UHGV virus genome: UHGV-0876955
DNA from: a virus
Length of the DNA: 20,233 nucleotides
Direction: 5' to 3' (one strand)
Of the stretch, positions 16,495 through 20,233 are shown in pieces (within the stretch, counting starts at the first letter, position 1; each line of letters starts with the position of its first letter). The notes beneath the pieces were generated by a model that worked only from the letters and a program-made list of their open reading frames with translations, searched no databases and was not told the origin of the DNA. Made by a program: the position numbers and the translations under genes.

Positions 16495-17138
16495 TGGATT
16501 ACCGGATTGGGATCACTGGTGCTCAGGGCAGTGGGAAAACAACCCTGGCTAAATATATCGACAAACATTACGGAATCCCTTACGTGGATGCTGGTGTCGG
16601 AAGTTTGATGAGCCGCCTCGGTGTTCGAGTAGGTGATTCTATGCCTCTATATGAGCGGCTTCAGATTCAAATGGAAATAGCAAAGCATATAGAGCTACTT
16701 ACGCGTGGTGCTGAAGGCTTTGTTATCGATCGCACACCTGCTGATGTTATGGCCTACACGTTGGATTTGGTCGGCCATACAAATGAAGATCGGTGTATTG
16801 AGTTAGCCCTCGATATCGAAAAGTTTTGCCACAAAACTGCTATTTCAAACTTTAACGCCATTGCTGGCCTACGCCCGGGGGTCGCTCTCTCAGAGCGAGA
16901 TTACTTGCGGTCACAACGAGCATCATTAGACCGTCTGTATGTCGCTCGTATTGATGCGTTGATGTGCGGGGAACTGACAAAAATTCACCTGCATCCGCAA
17001 AGGGGAGATCTGCAAACCTTCGTCGTTTCCAACCGGTATCGCACAGTTGAAGCAAGAGCCAGATCAGTGATGAGAATGCTAGATAACGCGGTAGAAAAGA
17101 TAGAAAACCGGTTCTGTGGCCGAGTGACCGTTCATTAG
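16494..17138 (+). CDS. P-loop nucleotide kinase (putative dNMP kinase-like)
   Basis: Walker A IGITGAQGSGKTT at N-terminus; start overlaps DHFR stop (TAATG); specific substrate not determinable. Confidence 0.55.
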   Translation: MDYRIGITGAQGSGKTTLAKYIDKHYGIPYVDAGVGSLMSRLGVRVGDSMPLYERLQIQMEIAKHIELLTRGAEGFVIDRTPADVMAYTLDLVGHTNEDRCIELALDIEKFCHKTAISNFNAIAGLRPGVALSERDYLRSQRASLDRLYVARIDALMCGELTKIHLHPQRGDLQTFVVSNRYRTVEARARSVMRMLDNAVEKIENRFCGRVTVH

Positions 17139-17199
17139 AAATTGTTCGCCTCTTCGACATTGCGACAATAAAACTCTCAAAATGGGTTAAGGATAAAAA

Positions 17200-17619
17200 A
17201 TGTTTAGTGAAATGTTGCTTGAAGATGAACTGGATCGGAAAACAACAGAGGCTTTGATTCGTGTAGCGGACGAACATTCCCGGTCGCTTATGAGCGATCG
17301 AGAGGCTCGTCTGGCTATTCGTGCCATATTCGAAACTGCGCAGGGGCTTGTTGGTGCACAAGTGGGTGAAGCCATTAACATCGCCATGTCTCAGTTCAGT
17401 GAAGGCAGTAAAAAGTCTCTGTTTCCTATGCATTTGATGCTGGCTGGTGGCACGGTGCTTTATATCTCTGTTTGTCTGGATAGCAACCAAATCAATATTC
17501 TCAACACTGTGTCAGGTAAGTGGAAAGATCCGATTGTCTGTGAAACCAGTGAAGAAACTTTGAAAAAAGCGGCTCAATTTGTACGTAGCGCACTACTTAA
17601 GGGCGCTAAGAAGTTGTAA
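17200..17619 (+). CDS. Hypothetical protein (139 aa)
   Basis: SD aaggat upstream; no recognisable motif. Confidence 0.5.
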   Translation: MFSEMLLEDELDRKTTEALIRVADEHSRSLMSDREARLAIRAIFETAQGLVGAQVGEAINIAMSQFSEGSKKSLFPMHLMLAGGTVLYISVCLDSNQINILNTVSGKWKDPIVCETSEETLKKAAQFVRSALLKGAKKL

Positions 17620-17628
17620 GGAGTTCTG

Positions 17629-18186
17629 ATGACAACGATTGTTGCAGGCATCGATATCGAGTCTACGGGACTGGATTTCCTTGCTGGTCATAAAATTATT
17701 GAAATCGCAATTACCCGCTATGAACTGGAGACACAGAGACATATTGATAGTCTGGAGATGCGTTTTAACCCTCGCAGAAACATAGATCCGAAAGCTCAAG
17801 CCGTTCATGGCATTTCATTGGAACAGCTCGCAGCTGAACCTTTGTTGTCAAATCATGCCAGCGAAATTGGCGCTTATATGGGGGCATGTAGTGTGTGGGT
17901 TGCTCATAACGGCGAAGCATTTGATATACCATTTATTCGACACGAGTTTTCAGGGTATGGAGTAAGACTGCCAGAAGTTCCTGTTATAGATACTATGTTA
18001 TCGGGATTGTGGGCCACAGAAGACGGTAAACGTCCCCGCCTTGAAGAGTTGGCCTTCTCTCTTGGCTTTATATACGATCATGCCAAAGCACATAGTGCCT
18101 TATATGACACAAACTTAATGATGCAATGCTTCTTTAAGGCACGTAATAAGTACGGATTTTTTAAATTACCCTCTGAAATTGTGTAA
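17629..18186 (+). CDS. DEDDh 3'-5' exonuclease (DnaQ/epsilon-like)
   Basis: Exo I GIDIESTGLD, Exo II HNGEAFDIPF, Exo III HSALYDT; SD taaggag upstream. Confidence 0.8.
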   Translation: MTTIVAGIDIESTGLDFLAGHKIIEIAITRYELETQRHIDSLEMRFNPRRNIDPKAQAVHGISLEQLAAEPLLSNHASEIGAYMGACSVWVAHNGEAFDIPFIRHEFSGYGVRLPEVPVIDTMLSGLWATEDGKRPRLEELAFSLGFIYDHAKAHSALYDTNLMMQCFFKARNKYGFFKLPSEIV

Positions 18187-18192
18187 AACAAA

Positions 18193-18228
18193 AGCCTACT
18201 TTAAAAAGTTTAAAGTAGGCTTTTTTTA
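18193..18228 (+). terminator. Rho-independent terminator
   Basis: AGCCTACTTTA-aaaagtt-TAAAGTAGGCT followed by TTTTTTT. Confidence 0.7.
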
Positions 18229-18343
18229 AAGAACAGTCGCCTTTCAATCATTTTCTGCCTGTATTTAATACTTTTCCGCCTGATAGGTTTAGTCAAAATG
18301 CAGCCATCGAAACGCAAATGTAACCAAACAGAAGGAGACTTAC

Positions 18344-19152
18344 ATGAGTTCGGTTGAAAATGTAATGACAAATGATGATCTGGACGAGCTGACAGCCATG
18401 TTGCAATCACTTGATGAACCAGTAAAAAAGCTGCACAGGTTGAAAATACTGATGATATTGACGATCTGCTGCTCGGCCTAGATGCTGGCGTAGCCATGAG
18501 TTCTGATGATGTTGCCGAAGAACTTTTCAATGAAGAAAAAGCAGGTGATTTCAGCTCTGCTTTAAATGAGTTGGAGTTAGCGCATGAGCCTATAAACGTA
18601 ATTAACGCTGAAAGTGTTGAAGCTGCCGAAAACGAGCCAGAACAATTGGGATTTATTGAGGTTGAAGAGTGTGTTGAGGTTAATGATGAATTAAAAGTTC
18701 AACAGTCAAATGATAGCAATACAAATAAAAAAGCTCGTACTGCAAGAGGTCCTCGTTTTACTTTAAGTGATAAAGATGATTCGTTTTTCAATAAAGCGGG
18801 CTTAGAAAAAGATATTTTCTTAGACGCTTACGATAACGCGCCTGTCAAAGCAAAGGATAAGATATTAAACCTTCTTAATTGGTTTAGCGGAGGTCCAGAT
18901 ATTAGTGTTTACACGGTAATTTCCATGAGACACCTTCTCACAGAAAAGAAGGCTACAAGTAATAGTATTAAGATTGCTTTAATGAGCAATCCAGAAAAAC
19001 CGTATCCGCTTAACACTGCGTCAACTCAGGCTGGGCAAATGATGGCTGTATTTCCAGCGACAGGAATTGCCGTTAGAGACGGTGGAAATCTAACATTGAA
19101 CGAAGAATCACCGATCGTTAAGAAGTTTGTCGCGGAGTACACTATTGGATGA
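18344..19152 (+). CDS. Acidic hypothetical protein, apparently needing a -1 frame change at A_AAA_AAG (18424-18430) to join 18344-18481 with 18496-19152
   Basis: Strong SD aaggaga before ATG 18344; zero frame stops at 18479-18481 after 45 codons; the -1 frame is open from 18418 and continues into the 218-aa ORF; the ATG at 18496 has no SD. Confidence 0.45.
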
Positions 19153-19229
19153 CGTTCCCCTACTTAAAATAAAGCCCATAGAGAGCTTTATAGTACTGGG
19201 TAAGCCAATCACATACCCAGCACCACAAA

Positions 19230-19276
19230 AACGCGCCAGAGAGCTTCTCGTTTGCATTTCTGGCGCGTTTTATTTG
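19230..19276 (+). terminator. Rho-independent terminator
   Basis: AACGCGCCAGA / TCTGGCGCGTT 11-bp stem with 18-nt loop, followed by ttatttg. Confidence 0.55.
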
Positions 19277-19305
19277 ATTGCCAGACATAAAATCAAATGC
19301 AAAAA

Positions 19306-19324
19306 TAGGTATATACTTACCTAT
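19306..19324 (+). promoter_or_regulatory. Copy of recurring promoter-like motif
   Basis: taggtatatacttacctat, 11 nt before ATG 19336. Confidence 0.35.
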
Positions 19325-19335
19325 CGAGAAAGAAG

Positions 19336-19929
19336 ATGATTGCAGCCGAAAAAATCAAACAGCGAAAGCGCGACAACTCTCTTCGTGACCTCTGGAGAAC
19401 ACCTGACTGGCTGTTTTCTGCCATTCAACGTTATCTTGGAGTGACATTTGATGTTGACGTTGCCTGCAACAAGGACAATGCAAAGCTGCCTAATTTCATA
19501 GGCGTTGAGCGTGATGCTTTGAAATCTGAATGGGGACAGCCAGGTACAATTGCCTTCCTCAATCCACCCTACTCCAAAATCTACCCCTGGATTGATGCGG
19601 CTATACGTGAGCAGGCTCGCGGAGTTACAACAGTGATGCTAATTCCTCAATCCCTAGATACAAAGTGGTATGAGCGTGCAACAGAGTGTGCGAATGAGAC
19701 GATTATTCTGTCTGGTGGCCGCGTAGCGTTTGTCGAGCCTGACGTAAATCTGGGTCAGGTAGAAGTAAACATCAACCCAGGTGGCAGTATGCTCGTTGTT
19801 TTTCGAGGATTCTGTCAGGACGCTGGGCACTCTATAAGCAAGATCCCTTTGGACGTCATGAAAAGTCTGGGAGGGTATGATCCTGCGAATGTGATCAGGA
19901 AAAAAAGACCATCAAAGAAGGCTGCTTAG
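19336..19929 (+). CDS. Phage-type DNA N6-adenine methyltransferase
   Basis: WRTPDWLF, FDVDVAC and the catalytic-type FLNPPYS motif are typical of the small phage Dam-like methyltransferase family. Confidence 0.75.
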   Translation: MIAAEKIKQRKRDNSLRDLWRTPDWLFSAIQRYLGVTFDVDVACNKDNAKLPNFIGVERDALKSEWGQPGTIAFLNPPYSKIYPWIDAAIREQARGVTTVMLIPQSLDTKWYERATECANETIILSGGRVAFVEPDVNLGQVEVNINPGGSMLVVFRGFCQDAGHSISKIPLDVMKSLGGYDPANVIRKKRPSKKAA

Positions 19930-19950
19930 GTTGTTCTGGCGTCTGTAATT

Positions 19951-20016
19951 AGCCTGCTTCTGTATATATAAATAACTACATATTAATTATTAATATACGG
20001 AAGCAGGCTGTTTTGT
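19951..20016 (+). terminator. Long hairpin with AT-rich loop after the methyltransferase gene
   Basis: AGCCTGCTTC ... GAAGCAGGCT stem enclosing a ~35-nt AT-rich, partly palindromic loop; followed by gttttgt. Confidence 0.45.
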
Positions 20017-20233
20017 ATCAGAGACTCCAGACCTGAACATCACTACAGAATCCACTAGAACCCCTTCCCAGACGCTTTAAAATCGATTTTATGAACCACT
20101 TTAAGGAACCTAACATGTGCTTTCCTTTTATTATTTGTCAAAACAAGTTGTTTTCTAATTGCATAAATTGCTTACGCAGAGATGGTCAATGCATATGCAC
20201 TAACAGCCGTCAGAAATAACCAAGTACCGAACC

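Noticed and set aside
16852-17490. 212-aa minus-strand ORF
   Set aside because: Antisense to the P-loop kinase and the next plus-strand gene, both with better signals; composition is Arg/Ser/Leu-rich as expected for an antisense frame.
18210-18530. 106-aa minus-strand ORF
   Set aside because: It covers a plus-strand terminator, promoter region and the start of a plus-strand gene with a strong SD; likely spurious.
19127-19339. 70-aa plus-strand ORF
   Set aside because: It spans a strong terminator hairpin and the promoter-like motif of the next gene, with no ribosome-binding site.
1-20233. Calling this a T4-like or T5-like lytic phage fragment
   Set aside because: NrdA, NrdB and RecA resemble host-type enterobacterial proteins rather than T4 UvsX/Nrd proteins as I recall them, and the RepFIB-type iteron replicon indicates plasmid maintenance.

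Overview
This window looks like a phage-plasmid (or large plasmid-borne phage-like element) from an enterobacterial host: a RepFIB/P1-type iteron replicon sits inside a block of phage-type DNA-metabolism genes. All calls are from reading the sequence and comparing to protein families from memory; no database search was run. Supported genes on the + strand: a RecA-family recombinase interrupted in its P-loop by a full-length intein with a LAGLIDADG homing-endonuclease domain, a small membrane protein plus an SPFH/band-7 lipoprotein, several small acidic or secreted ORFs, a RuvC-like resolvase, nrdA, nrdB, a possible MazG-like ORF, thymidylate synthase, dihydrofolate reductase, a P-loop kinase, a DEDDh exonuclease and a phage-type N6-adenine methyltransferase. 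On the - strand: repA flanked by 12 + 5 direct iterons, with a GATC cluster and DnaA-box-like site upstream. Main anomalies: (1) the RecA intein, and an in-frame stop at 70-72 that leaves recA without an N-terminus in this frame; (2) thymidylate synthase is broken by a frame change next to an extra ~46-codon segment just after the catalytic Cys; (3) two ORFs of an acidic protein are joined exactly at a dnaX-type A_AAA_AAG slippery heptamer; (4) an SbcC/Rad50-like fragment (Q-loop to CPTCG hook, no ATPase domains) lies antisense to an orphan copy of a conserved 21-nt start element; (5) recurring promoter-like and start-context motifs. I could not identify a named defence system; the candidates for something undescribed are the membrane/SPFH pair, the acidic small-ORF cluster and the unknown ORFs around 7056-9170.
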